Shown: piece by piece, positions 1 to 9,612 of the stretch
Numbering within the stretch: the first letter of the stretch is position 1
Layout of the letters: each line of letters opens with the position of its first letter
The notes under the pieces: model-generated
Databases searched by the model: none
What the model was told of the DNA's origin: nothing
The model's input: only the letters and a program-made list of their open reading frames with translations
Made by a program: the position numbers and the translations under genes
Assembly: GCA_050949565.1 (NCBI GenBank)
Contig: JBMNFY010000004.1
Coordinates: forward strand, 1 to 64,000
DNA length: 64,000 nt
Direction of reading: 5' to 3'
DNA from: Kiritimatiellia bacterium
Lineage (GTDB): Bacteria; Verrucomicrobiota; Kiritimatiellia; RFP12; UBA1067

Positions 1-68
1 CTGAAACCTCTTGCGTTGCATGCGCGGGGCGTTACAATCTTGTCCACACTGAAAGGCGGGTATTCTCT

Positions 69-431
69 GTGACAGCATCGATGGAAATTAATTGCACCGC
101 ATGCCGGAAGCTCACTTGGGTGCGTAAAGAGCCGGTCTATGAGGGGTTTAAAAAAGTCGGCGAGGCTTATGTCTGCACCGGTTGCGGAGCGCGTTACGCA
201 TCAGCCGAAGAGACGCCGTTTGTGCGCGGCCAGCGGCGGCCTCAGGTTTTTACAGAATCTGATAAACCCGAGAGACCCCGCATCTTTGATGAGAGTGAAC
301 GACAGCACTCATGCGGCTGGTGCCGCCACTTCGTGGTCAATCCGTTTGCCCAGCGGTGCGGCCTGACGAACAAGGAAACGCAGGCCACCGATCTTTGCGT
401 GCGCTTTGAAAAACGTGAGCCGCAGGACTAG
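69..431 (+). CDS. Hypothetical Cys-rich (putative Zn-binding) protein
   Basis: 120-aa ORF with CTAC, CTGC and CGWC motifs plus two further Cys; converges on the SSS gene with a 4-bp overlap. Confidence 0.7.
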   Translation: MTASMEINCTACRKLTWVRKEPVYEGFKKVGEAYVCTGCGARYASAEETPFVRGQRRPQVFTESDKPERPRIFDESERQHSCGWCRHFVVNPFAQRCGLTNKETQATDLCVRFEKREPQD

Positions 432-2110
432 CGGAGCTTGCGCGCCGCAATCCAGAAGCCGGCGGCGACCGCCAGCAGCGCTGTGCCGATGCAGACGCTG
501 AGGAAGCCCTCCGCCAGACCGCAGGTCAACAACACTGCCGCGATCAGAATCACGCCGACCGCCGCGATCCCGGCTGCGATGATCGGTAGGAACGAGGTGT
601 CCGCGCTCTTCTTCTCCACACCGTCTGCACCCGGATCGTCCTTCTCGAAGCGCTTGAAAAAGATCAGCACCTGCTCACGCCGCTCGCCGGTGTCCGGCAT
701 GCGGGCGGAGACAACGGTCATTACCAGCAGTGTCACGCCCGCCGTCCAGAAGGTCAGGAACTCCGCCCGGCGTAACACTGGATGCCAGGCACCGAGCACA
801 AACGCGGCGAGGCCCGCTATGATGCCGGCGAAGAGGCCGGCCTGTGCGCCGCGCGCTGAGATGCGCGGCGTCAACATGCCCAGCAGCATCGGTATCGCGA
901 CCGGCGGCAGGAAGAGCCCGAACACCTTGGCCATGGTGTTGAAGAGATCGCCGGAACCCTGCAAGGTGCGCATCACCAGCGTGATGCCCAGCACGATCAA
1001 TCCGACGATGACGGTGTTGATGCGTCCCACCACCAGCAGATGTTTCTCGGAGAGGTCGCGTTTGTGCAGCCGCTTGTAGAGGTCGTTGGTTAAGACAGAA
1101 GAGACCGCGTTGTAATCGCCTGCAAGCGTGGACATCGTGGCGGAGAACATTGCGGCGATCACCATGCCCAACATGCCGACCGGCAGCACTGTCCGGCAGA
1201 TCAGCGGATAGACGTCTTTGGTATTGGCAATGTCCGGCAGGAACACCAGAGCCGCGAACGCGGGCAGATAAAAAATCGGCGTGCCGATCAAATACAACAC
1301 GGCCACCAAATACCCGACCTTGCGCGCACTGCGGTCGTTTTCAGATGAGTAGTAGCGTTGGGCCAACGCCCATGAGGTGGAGTAGTTCAAGAACAGGAGT
1401 ACAAAGTAGCAGAGCAGATACACAAACGGATAACCCGCGTCCGGACACGTCGGGTTAAAGAAGCTCTCCGGCATTGCGTTCAACACGTTCCTGACCCCGC
1501 CCGCGCGCGAAAACGAGAGGAAGGGCAGGACGATCACCGCCGCGACCAACACCGCGAACTGCACGAAGTCCGCGACCAGCGCGGCCCACAGCCCGCCCAT
1601 GAACGTGTAGCACAGAATGATGACCGCGCAAAGGATGATCGCGGTCTCGAAAGGGAAGCCGAGACCGGCCGAGACCACCGTGCCGATGGCGAAGAGTTTG
1701 AGTGAGTCATCCAGCAGCCGCGTCGGCAGACCCAGCCAGGCCAGTCCTTGGCGCATGCCGCTGCCATAACGCACCTCGATGTATTCGATCGGACTGGTTT
1801 CAGCTACACGCCGCCAACGGCGTGCGAACAGATAGGCGCTCAATGCTGCGGCCGGCACGGCCAGCCAGCTCAGGACCAGCGACACCATGCCGTACTTGTA
1901 GACCATCTCGGAGTGCATCACGAAGGCCAGCGCGCTGAAGCTGACCATGTAGAATGAAACTCCGCCCAGCCACCACGGCACCTGCTTGCCGCCGCCGAAG
2001 AATTGCGACATGCTCTTCATGCGGCCGCTGAAATAAAAGCCGATACCGAGCATGACGGCAAAAAAACCCGCAATGATCGCATAATCCGCTACTGCCAACC
2101 CGTTCGTCAT
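428..2110 (-). CDS. Sodium:solute symporter (SSS) family transporter
   Basis: Polytopic membrane protein with FFGGGKQVPWW, YTFMGGLWAALVADFVQ and AAMFSATMSTL motifs; GGAGAGG RBS upstream. Confidence 0.92.
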   Translation of the reverse strand: MTNGLAVADYAIIAGFFAVMLGIGFYFSGRMKSMSQFFGGGKQVPWWLGGVSFYMVSFSALAFVMHSEMVYKYGMVSLVLSWLAVPAAALSAYLFARRWRRVAETSPIEYIEVRYGSGMRQGLAWLGLPTRLLDDSLKLFAIGTVVSAGLGFPFETAIILCAVIILCYTFMGGLWAALVADFVQFAVLVAAVIVLPFLSFSRAGGVRNVLNAMPESFFNPTCPDAGYPFVYLLCYFVLLFLNYSTSWALAQRYYSSENDRSARKVGYLVAVLYLIGTPIFYLPAFAALVFLPDIANTKDVYPLICRTVLPVGMLGMVIAAMFSATMSTLAGDYNAVSSVLTNDLYKRLHKRDLSEKHLLVVGRINTVIVGLIVLGITLVMRTLQGSGDLFNTMAKVFGLFLPPVAIPMLLGMLTPRISARGAQAGLFAGIIAGLAAFVLGAWHPVLRRAEFLTFWTAGVTLLVMTVVSARMPDTGERREQVLIFFKRFEKDDPGADGVEKKSADTSFLPIIAAGIAAVGVILIAAVLLTCGLAEGFLSVCIGTALLAVAAGFWIAARKLR

Positions 2111-2200
2111 GCCGCTCCTCTCCGTTGATGCTTAGACCCTCACATTAAGCCATAATCCGGCGGGGATGTGAATCCGAAAGTATTGCACACCGCGATCGCT

Positions 2201-2729
2201 CGGTTAGCGACAGGGGGTGCGCAGACAATGCGTTTCTGGTGAAAGGGGGAGCCGTGAGTTGGAGTCGGGCGTCCTCGCCCGTAACAGCGTGTCGTGTAAA
2301 AGGCTGATACTCATGCGTGCTCGGTTTCAGGTTTCATTTTTTGACATGATTGACATGATTTGGAGGGCGAGTGTCCCCACGAGCCGCCTTCCGCTGTGCG
2401 GAAGAATGGTTTCAGGGCCCATTTGGGAGGGTCAAGCGTCTGCTTGACCGGCGGCGGTCACGCCGCCCTCACGGGCAAGATGCCCGTGCCACAGTTGGAG
2501 TCGGGCGTCCTCGCCCGTAACAGCGTGTCGTGCAAAAGGCTGATACTCATGCGTGCTCGGTTTCAGGTTTCATTTTTTGACATGATTGACATGATTTGGA
2601 GGGCGAGTGTCCCCACGAGCCGCCTTCCGCTGTGCGGAAGAATGGTTTCAGGGCCCATTTGGGAGGGTCAAGCGTCTGCTTGACCGGCGGCGGTCACGCC
2701 GCCCTCACGGGCAAGATGCCCGTGCCACA
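2201..2729. repeat. Mosaic repeat: element end CGGTTAGCGACAGGGGG followed by a 236-bp tandem duplication of REP-like modules
   Basis: 2257-2492 and 2493-2728 are near-identical; the modules recur at 23.9, 27.3 and 37.2 kb. Confidence 0.9.
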
Positions 2730-2798
2730 CTTTGCCTCGCGCCAAATCCAGTTATCTGGTGGCGGTTACGCCGCCAGGCTCCGCGCAACGCACGGAAG

Positions 2799-3995
2799 CT
2801 ACTTGCCGGCTGGCGTGCGTCGCATCTGCCAAAGTGTCATGGCGGCGACCGCCAGATAACCGAACCAGATCAGGTGGAGCAGCGGCCGCATGCCGACACG
2901 TTCTACGATCGGCCCGATGATCCAGAGCATCACGGCAGCGATGCCCCATGTACCGCCGCTGATCAACCCCATCCTCTGGCTTACACGTAGCGATGAGTTG
3001 GAATAACGCGCTAGTGCAATGCACAGCGGGAACCCTGTATAGACGATGAATCCCGTAAAGGCCAACACCGCTGCTGCGCTTTGGGTTTGCGGTGCCAGCC
3101 ACAGGTAGAGCATCGTGAGCGGCGCACCGGCCAGCGTGGTGCCCAGCAACACACGCAGATGGCCCAGTCGCGGTGCCAATGCGCCCCAGACAACGGCCCC
3201 GACCATGCCGCCCACACCGAACAGGGTGACAGACAGACCGCTGAATGACAGAGTGTAGCCCGCTTCCTCGTGCAAGTAAGAGGGCAGCAACGTACTCTGG
3301 ATCTGCGAACAGATCGCCAGAACCGACGCCATGACAAAAAGCGTGACGAACGGCACGATCGGCGTGCGCTCACGTTCAGCGCTCGGCAGCTCCTGCGACT
3401 GGGGTTTGGCCGATTCGACCGGTAATCGCACGCCGCTCAACAGCAACGGGATGATGGCCAGCGGCGCCAACAGGTAAAGCATCATCAGCGAATCCAGCCC
3501 GAAGCGCTCGGTGAGCGTTGCCGACAACAGCGCGCCACCCGAAAAGCCCATGAACCCTGCTACCATGAAGACGGCTGTAGACAGGGATGACGAGATCGCG
3601 TCGAGTCCGTGTACCGCCCGCAACCCCTCAGGATGGACTGCCGCCACACCCAGTCCCGCCAACATTGCCAGTGCGCCCATCCCTATCACGCTGCCCGGCC
3701 CGACGGGCAGGCAAGGGATGAAAACCGACACGCCCGCCAACAGGACACCGCCGCAAATCAACCACGGGCGCGTCCACGTTGCACGTAGATAGCCGATGGG
3801 AACCTGAAAAACATTTGCTGAAAAAGCCAACAGAGAGGTGATCACGATCAACGCTGTCAGCGAAACGTCGTACCGGTCCCGCATCGGGATCAAGACGGGC
3901 GCGATCAGGCCGACATAGACATCGGCGATCAGGTGCGCGAAGGTCAGCGCAAGCAATTGACGCCACTGGCGCGACCGGACTGCGTGATTTTGCAT
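2799..3995 (-). CDS. MFS transporter (Fsr-like)
   Basis: About 12 TM segments, with AHLIADVY and GVAAVHPEG motifs. The ORF-track extension to 4067 is REP sequence, so ATG 3995 is preferred. Confidence 0.85.
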   Translation of the reverse strand: MQNHAVRSRQWRQLLALTFAHLIADVYVGLIAPVLIPMRDRYDVSLTALIVITSLLAFSANVFQVPIGYLRATWTRPWLICGGVLLAGVSVFIPCLPVGPGSVIGMGALAMLAGLGVAAVHPEGLRAVHGLDAISSSLSTAVFMVAGFMGFSGGALLSATLTERFGLDSLMMLYLLAPLAIIPLLLSGVRLPVESAKPQSQELPSAERERTPIVPFVTLFVMASVLAICSQIQSTLLPSYLHEEAGYTLSFSGLSVTLFGVGGMVGAVVWGALAPRLGHLRVLLGTTLAGAPLTMLYLWLAPQTQSAAAVLAFTGFIVYTGFPLCIALARYSNSSLRVSQRMGLISGGTWGIAAVMLWIIGPIVERVGMRPLLHLIWFGYLAVAAMTLWQMRRTPAGK

Positions 3996-4016
3996 AGAGA
4001 CTCTTTCAAAAACCCC

Positions 4017-4065
4017 GTAGCATGGACGTCCCGCCCATGAAACACGGGCAAGATGTCCGTGCCAC
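4017..4065. repeat. REP doublet (REPIN-like) with GTAG/GTGG feet
   Basis: GTAGCATGGACGTCCCGCCCATG-AAA-CACGGGCAAGATGTCCGTGCCAC directly after the pflB stop; family members at 17935 and 35376. Confidence 0.85.
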
Positions 4066-4067
4066 AC

Positions 4068-6281
4068 CTAGAATTTTTTATGGAAGGTGCGGTGAATCAC
4101 GTCGAGTTGCTGTTCGCGCGTAAGCTTGATGAAGTTCACCGCATAACCCGAGACGCGGATCGTGAGTTGCGGATACTTCTCCGGATGTTCCATCGCATCA
4201 AGCAGCGTCTCGCGATTGAAGACGTTGACGTTGATGTGGTGCCCTTTTTCCTTGAAGTAGCCGTCCATCAGATCAACCAGATTCTGCACGCGGTCGTCAT
4301 CGGTGCGGCCCAGTGCGTCCGGCACGATCGAGAAGGTGTAGGAGATGCCGTCTTCGCTGTGGTCGTACGGCAGGCGCGCGACGGATTTCATCGACGCGAT
4401 ACAGCCGTGCGAGTCGCGTCCGTGCATCGGGTTCGCGCCGGGTGCGAAGGGCTCGCCCGCCTTTCGGCCGTCGGGCGTGGCGCCGGTCTTTTTGCCGTAC
4501 ACCACGTTCGAGGTGATCGTGAGGATCGAGAGCGTCGGCTTGGCGTGACGGTAGGTACGATGTTTAGAGAGGCGTCCCATGAAGGATTTCACCACCTCGA
4601 CCGCGATATCATCCACGCGCGGATCGTTGTTGCCGAACTTGGGGAAGTCGCCCTCGATCTCGAAGTCCACCGTCAGGCCGCGTTTGTCGCGGATCGGCTT
4701 GACACGCGCGTACTTGATGGCCGAAAAGGCGTCCGCCACCACAGAGAGTCCCGCGATGCCGCATGCGGCGGTGCGGAAAACATCCTCGTCGTGCAACGCC
4801 ATCTGCAGCCGTTCGTAGCAGTACTTGTCGTGCATGTAGTGGATGACGTTGAGCGTATTGATATAGAGGCGCGAGAGCCAGCGGCAGATTTGATCGAACT
4901 TGCGCGTGACCTCTTCATAGTCTAGATATTCCGAGGTGACCAGCGCCATTTCGGGACCGACCTGCTGTCCGGTGATCTCGTCCTTACCGCCGTTGATGCA
5001 GTAGAGCAGCGCCTTGGCAAGGTTGGTACGTGCGCCGAAGAACTGCATCTGCTTGCCGATGCGCATGGCCGAGACGCAACAGGCGATGCCGTAGTCGTCG
5101 CCGAACTTCTCGCGCATGAGTTCGTCGTTCTCGTACTGGATCGACGAGGTCGTGATCGAGAGCCGCGCACAGTAACGCTTAAAGGCCGCCGGCAGGCGTG
5201 CGCTCCACAGCACGGTCATGTTGGGCTCGGGAGCCGGCCCGAGATTGATCAGCGTGTGCAGGAAGCGGAAGCTCATCTTGGTGACCATGTGGCGGCCGTC
5301 CACGCCGATGCCGCCCAGCGATTCAGTGATCCAGGTGGGGTCGCCCGAAAAGAGCGCGTCGTAACCTGGTGTGCGCAGGAAGCGCACCATACGCAGCTTC
5401 ATTACGAAGTGATCGACGAACTCTTGGATTTGCTCTTCGGTGTAGCGCCCGGCGGCTAAGTCGCGCTCGGCGTAAATATCGAGGAAGGTCGAGACGCGGC
5501 CGATCGACATCGCCGCGCCGTTCTGCTCCTTGACGGCGGCGAGGTAGGCGAAGTAGAGCCACTGGATCGCCTCTTTTGTGTCCTGCGCCGGTTGCGAGAT
5601 ATCGAACCCGTAGGAGGCGGCCATGGCTTTGAGTTCCTGCAGCGCGCGGATCTGCTCGGAGATTTCCTCGCGTAACTGGATCGCCTCGAGGTCCATGGCG
5701 TCGAACACATGGCGCGCCTTGGCGGCCTCCTTGTGGGCGATCAGGAAATCGATGCCATAGAGCGGCAGGCGGCGGTAGTCGCCGATGATGCGGCCGCGTC
5801 CGTAGGCATCGGGCAGGCCGGTGATGATGCCGTTGTGGCGGGCGAGCTTCATCTCATCGCTATAGGCATCGAACACGCCGTCGTTGTGGGTCTTGCGGTA
5901 TTTGAAGACATTCTCGATATCTTCAGGTAGCTCGCGCTGATAAGCCTTCAGCGACGATTGGACCATGCGGATGCCGCCGAAGGGCATGATCGCGCGTTTG
6001 AGCGGGGTGTCGGTCTGGATGCCGACGATCTGTTCGAGGTCGCGGTCGATGAAGCCCGGCTCGTGTGACGTGATGGTCGAGATGCGCGTGTTGTCGATGT
6101 CATAGACCCCGCCACGCTCCCGTTCTTCCCGCATTAACGCCTTGACCTTCTCCCACAGCGCCAGCGTGCGGGGCGTCGGCGGCGCAAGGAAGGACTCGTC
6201 GCCGTCATAGGGCGTGTAATGGGAGACCAAATACTCGCGCACGTTGATGCTGATTCGCCAGATATCTTGAGTGAGAGACAT
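4068..6281 (-). CDS. pflB: Pyruvate formate-lyase (formate acetyltransferase)
   Basis: IACCVS catalytic Cys pair, C-terminal glycyl-radical motif [28 protein letters not shown]. Confidence 0.97.
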   Translation of the reverse strand: MSLTQDIWRISINVREYLVSHYTPYDGDESFLAPPTPRTLALWEKVKALMREERERGGVYDIDNTRISTITSHEPGFIDRDLEQIVGIQTDTPLKRAIMPFGGIRMVQSSLKAYQRELPEDIENVFKYRKTHNDGVFDAYSDEMKLARHNGIITGLPDAYGRGRIIGDYRRLPLYGIDFLIAHKEAAKARHVFDAMDLEAIQLREEISEQIRALQELKAMAASYGFDISQPAQDTKEAIQWLYFAYLAAVKEQNGAAMSIGRVSTFLDIYAERDLAAGRYTEEQIQEFVDHFVMKLRMVRFLRTPGYDALFSGDPTWITESLGGIGVDGRHMVTKMSFRFLHTLINLGPAPEPNMTVLWSARLPAAFKRYCARLSITTSSIQYENDELMREKFGDDYGIACCVSAMRIGKQMQFFGARTNLAKALLYCINGGKDEITGQQVGPEMALVTSEYLDYEEVTRKFDQICRWLSRLYINTLNVIHYMHDKYCYERLQMALHDEDVFRTAACGIAGLSVVADAFSAIKYARVKPIRDKRGLTVDFEIEGDFPKFGNNDPRVDDIAVEVVKSFMGRLSKHRTYRHAKPTLSILTITSNVVYGKKTGATPDGRKAGEPFAPGANPMHGRDSHGCIASMKSVARLPYDHSEDGISYTFSIVPDALGRTDDDRVQNLVDLMDGYFKEKGHHINVNVFNRETLLDAMEHPEKYPQLTIRVSGYAVNFIKLTREQQLDVIHRTFHKKF

Positions 6282-6410
6282 ACCGCACCGCCTTTCTTAA
6301 AACCCCACGCAGTATACTGACCGTGGCCGTTTAACTCAATGGCAAAAGACTTTGGTTTTGGTTTCTGGTTTCAAGGTTTCAGGGCTTCTCATACGAAGCC
6401 ACGAAGGGCA

Positions 6411-7190
6411 CTAAGGCTTTTTTGGGGGGTGCTGTGACGATTTCAAAGCCGGGGGCAAGGCTTTCATTTTTGTCTCCAAAGCTTGATACAGCCGGGCTGT
6501 CCAGACTGGGGCGTTGGCCGGAGGGAGAAATTGTTTCACCCTTAAATCACAGGGAGATAGAATCACCTCTACGTTAGCGGGCCCAGTTAGTGCGGCCATC
6601 ACGAACAAGTCCTCAGCAGTTTCATCACCCATGGCAAGACAACCCGCAGAAGCGGTACCGCCGTGGATCATGATGTCACTGCCGGGTCGATGCCGACCAT
6701 CTTCCTCGGCTCGCTCAAGGTCAAACGCATTCGGGTATGAGACACGGAGGGAGAGGTGGAATGCGCTGTTGGGGTTCAGTGATTCGATACCGTAAATCCC
6801 TTCCGGAACTTGACCGTCTCCCTCTACGAGTTTGGGGCCGATAGTGCCACTCGCGCCCAGAACCGGGTAGACACGAATAAGTTTCAGCGTCCCGGTCGCG
6901 TCCTCGCCCCAAACCTCCAGTTGTCGCTCCTCTTTGAGGCCGACAAGCGTGAGCCGCCGTGCAGGCCACGGTACACCTGCCTTTTCAAAAAAAGGCAGCA
7001 GGCGCTCCCGGACAACCGTACGGTACTGTTCGACCCGCTCTTCAACCGTGCGGCGCTTCGCCATTCGATTGCAAACGACTTCCTTGGCCATCATCAGAAA
7101 ATCCCATTTCCACACCACCAGTGCGCAACATACCGTTGCACACACGGCCAACATACCCAGACTTGATATCCTTTTCTGCCCCCAACTCAC
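6411..7190 (-). CDS. L,D-transpeptidase (YkuD-like) family protein
   Basis: GPKLVEGDGQVPEGIY, FHLSLRVSYPNAFD and catalytic IMIHGGTASAGCLAM; N-terminal membrane anchor; start uncertain. Confidence 0.88.
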   Translation of the reverse strand: MSWGQKRISSLGMLAVCATVCCALVVWKWDFLMMAKEVVCNRMAKRRTVEERVEQYRTVVRERLLPFFEKAGVPWPARRLTLVGLKEERQLEVWGEDATGTLKLIRVYPVLGASGTIGPKLVEGDGQVPEGIYGIESLNPNSAFHLSLRVSYPNAFDLERAEEDGRHRPGSDIMIHGGTASAGCLAMGDETAEDLFVMAALTGPANVEVILSPCDLRVKQFLPPANAPVWTARLYQALETKMKALPPALKSSQHPPKKP

Positions 7191-7217
7191 GGCGTTCTAT
7201 CGTCTTGAAATTGAGCG

Positions 7218-8168
7218 CTAATTTCCGCGCAGTGTGTCGGCGGCGAGTTCGGCGCGATATTCGGCGACCGTTCTCTTCAGGCCGTCGGGCAGCGGAATTT
7301 CGGGACGCCAGCCCAGGCTGCGGATGAGCGTGGTGTCGCACAGCTTTCGCGGCGCTCCGTCGGGCATGGAGGTGTCGAAGCGCAGGGCGCACTGTGAGCC
7401 GACCGCGGCTTGCACCTGTTCGGCCAGTTCGCGGATGGTGAGGTCTTCGCCGGAGCCGACGTTAACCCAGTCCGGCGGGTCGTCGAGCTGCAGCAGGAAG
7501 AGCAGGGCGCGCGCAAGGTCGTCCACATGCAGGAACTCGCGGCGTGGCTTGCCGCTGCCCCAGAGCGTGACTTCCTGTGCGTCGGCGGTGCGGGCCTCCT
7601 CGAATTTACGGATCAACGCGGGAAGGACGTGCGAGTGCTCCGGGTGGTAGTTGTCGCCGGTGCCGTAAAGATTGGTCGGCATGGCGGAGTGGTAGAGTAC
7701 GCCGTACTGCTGGCGGTAGTACTGGCAGAGCTTCAGCCCCGCGATCTTAGCCAGCGCATAGCCCTCGTTGGTGGGCTCCAACGGACCGCTCAGCAGCGCG
7801 TCCTCCGGAATCGGCTGCGGCGCGAGGCGCGGATAGATGCAAGTGCTGCCGAGGAAAAGCAGGCGCGGCACGCCGGCTTTGAACGCGCCGTGGATCACGT
7901 TTGCGGCGATCATCATATTCTCGTAGAGGAATGTGCCGAGCGCCGAACGGTTGGCCTCGATGCCACCCACGCGCGCGGCCGCTACGATCACGCAGTCCGG
8001 CCGGTGGTGCGCTAGGAAGGCGTGGGTCGCGGCCTGATCGATCAGGTCCAGTTCCGCATGCGTAGCAGTGAGGGGCGGACGCAGACCTAGCCGAGCCATT
8101 TCCCGGACCACGGCGGCACCGACCATGCCGCGGTGGCCGGCGACGAAGATAAGGGAAGATGGTTTCAG
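7218..8168 (-). CDS. fcl: GDP-L-fucose synthase
   Basis: IFVAGHRGMVG Rossmann motif, FLGSTCIYP, YALAK, MPTNLYG. The Rossmann motif lies upstream of the first ATG (8126), so the start is placed at in-frame CTG 8168 (uncertain). Confidence 0.9.
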   Translation of the reverse strand: MKPSSLIFVAGHRGMVGAAVVREMARLGLRPPLTATHAELDLIDQAATHAFLAHHRPDCVIVAAARVGGIEANRSALGTFLYENMMIAANVIHGAFKAGVPRLLFLGSTCIYPRLAPQPIPEDALLSGPLEPTNEGYALAKIAGLKLCQYYRQQYGVLYHSAMPTNLYGTGDNYHPEHSHVLPALIRKFEEARTADAQEVTLWGSGKPRREFLHVDDLARALLFLLQLDDPPDWVNVGSGEDLTIRELAEQVQAAVGSQCALRFDTSMPDGAPRKLCDTTLIRSLGWRPEIPLPDGLKRTVAEYRAELAADTLRGN

Positions 8169-8445
8169 GGTTTCGGGTTTCAGGGTTTCAGGGTTTCGGG
8201 TTTCAGGGTTTCGGGGTTTCAGGGTTTCAGGGTTTCAGGGTTTCGGGTTTCAGGGTTTCGGGGTTTCGGGTTTCAGGGTTTCAGGGTTTCGGGTTTCAGG
8301 GTTTCGGGTTTCAGGTTTCAGGGTTTCGGGTTTCAGGGTTTCGGGTTTCATGGTTTCATGGTTTCATCCAAATCGCTATCGGTATCGGGATCGGTATCGG
8401 TATCGCTATGGTGGACATCGAGGACACTCGCCACTCGCCACTCTC
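8161..8445. repeat. Composite short tandem array: (GGTTTCAG/GGTTTCG)n, then (ATCGGT)n, then (CACTCGC)n
   Basis: Read directly between gmd and fcl. Confidence 0.95.
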
Positions 8446-8469
8446 TCCGCGCTGTGAGCAGAGCTTGGT

Positions 8470-9501
8470 TTATTCCGCATTCGCCAGCACACCCCCGGCC
8501 TCTTTCACGGCGAGTTCTTGGCGTGCTACGCACATGTCGGCTTCAACCATGATGCGCACCAGCTCTTTGAAGGTGACCTTGGGCTCCCATCCCAGTACGC
8601 GGCGCGCCTTGGAGGCGTCACCAAGCAACAGGTCCACCTCGCTGGGGCGTTCGTAACGCGGGTCGTGTTTGACAAATTCGCGCCAGTCGAGATCCAGCAG
8701 CCCGAAGGCCTCTTCGCAGAACTCGCCCACGCTGTGCGTTTCGCCGGTGGCGAGCACATAGTCATCCGGCTCGTCGCATTGCATGATGCGCCACATGCCC
8801 TCGACGTAGTCGCCGGCGTATCCCCAGTCGCGCTTAGCATCAAGGTTGCCGAGGTAGAGCGCTTTTTGCAGACCGTGCTTGATGCGGGCGGCGGCCATCG
8901 TGATCTTACGCGTCACGAAAGTCGGGCCGCGCCGCGGCGACTCGTGGTTAAACAGGATGCCGTTGCTGGCGTGCATGCCGTACGCTTCGCGATAGTTGAT
9001 TGTGGCCCAATAGCCGTAGAGCTTTGCCACAGCGTACGGTGAGCGCGGGTGGAACGGCGTGTTCTCATTCTGCGGTGTTTCACGTACCTTGCCGAAAAGT
9101 TCCGAGGATGAGGCTTGATAGAAGCGCGCCTTCTTGGCGACACCGCTCTCGCGTAACGCCTCAAGCAGTCGGATCGTGCCGAGCGCCACCACGTCGGCGG
9201 TGTACTCCGGGATATCGAACGAAACGCGGACGTGGCTCTGAGCTCCGAGGTGGTAGACCTCGTCTGGCTTGATTTCGTACATCATTTTGGCGAGCCGCAC
9301 GGCGTCGGTCAGGTCGCCGTAATGCAGGAAGAGGCGTCTGCCTATCAGGTGCGGGTCTTGGTAAAGGTGATCGATCCGTTGTGTGTTGAAGCTCGATGAA
9401 CGGCGAATCATGCCGTGAACTTCATACCCTTTGTCAAGCAGCAGCTCAGTCAAGTAGGAGCCGTCCTGGCCCGTGATTCCTGTGATAAATGCGCGTTTCA
9501 T
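8470..9501 (-). CDS. gmd: GDP-mannose 4,6-dehydratase
   Basis: [54 protein letters not shown]. Confidence 0.97.
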   Translation of the reverse strand: MKRAFITGITGQDGSYLTELLLDKGYEVHGMIRRSSSFNTQRIDHLYQDPHLIGRRLFLHYGDLTDAVRLAKMMYEIKPDEVYHLGAQSHVRVSFDIPEYTADVVALGTIRLLEALRESGVAKKARFYQASSSELFGKVRETPQNENTPFHPRSPYAVAKLYGYWATINYREAYGMHASNGILFNHESPRRGPTFVTRKITMAAARIKHGLQKALYLGNLDAKRDWGYAGDYVEGMWRIMQCDEPDDYVLATGETHSVGEFCEEAFGLLDLDWREFVKHDPRYERPSEVDLLLGDASKARRVLGWEPKVTFKELVRIMVEADMCVARQELAVKEAGGVLANAE

Positions 9502-9612
9502 AGTAGTTCAAGCGTTGTGTATGCGTGTTGTCCTTTTGGTTTTAGAGCAAACCAGTTCACGCCGCTAATCATAGCATACACAGGAGTGCTGTCCATTGCG
9601 TAAAAGTAAAAA

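Noticed and set aside
6282-6410. ZTP (pfl) riboswitch or pflA next to pflB
   Set aside because: No recognisable riboswitch consensus; the activase gene is simply not in this window
8068-8656. ORFs encoding GFRVS/FQG repeats, and ORFs at 2217-2990, 23614-24299 and 27048-27816
   Set aside because: Translations of non-coding repeat arrays
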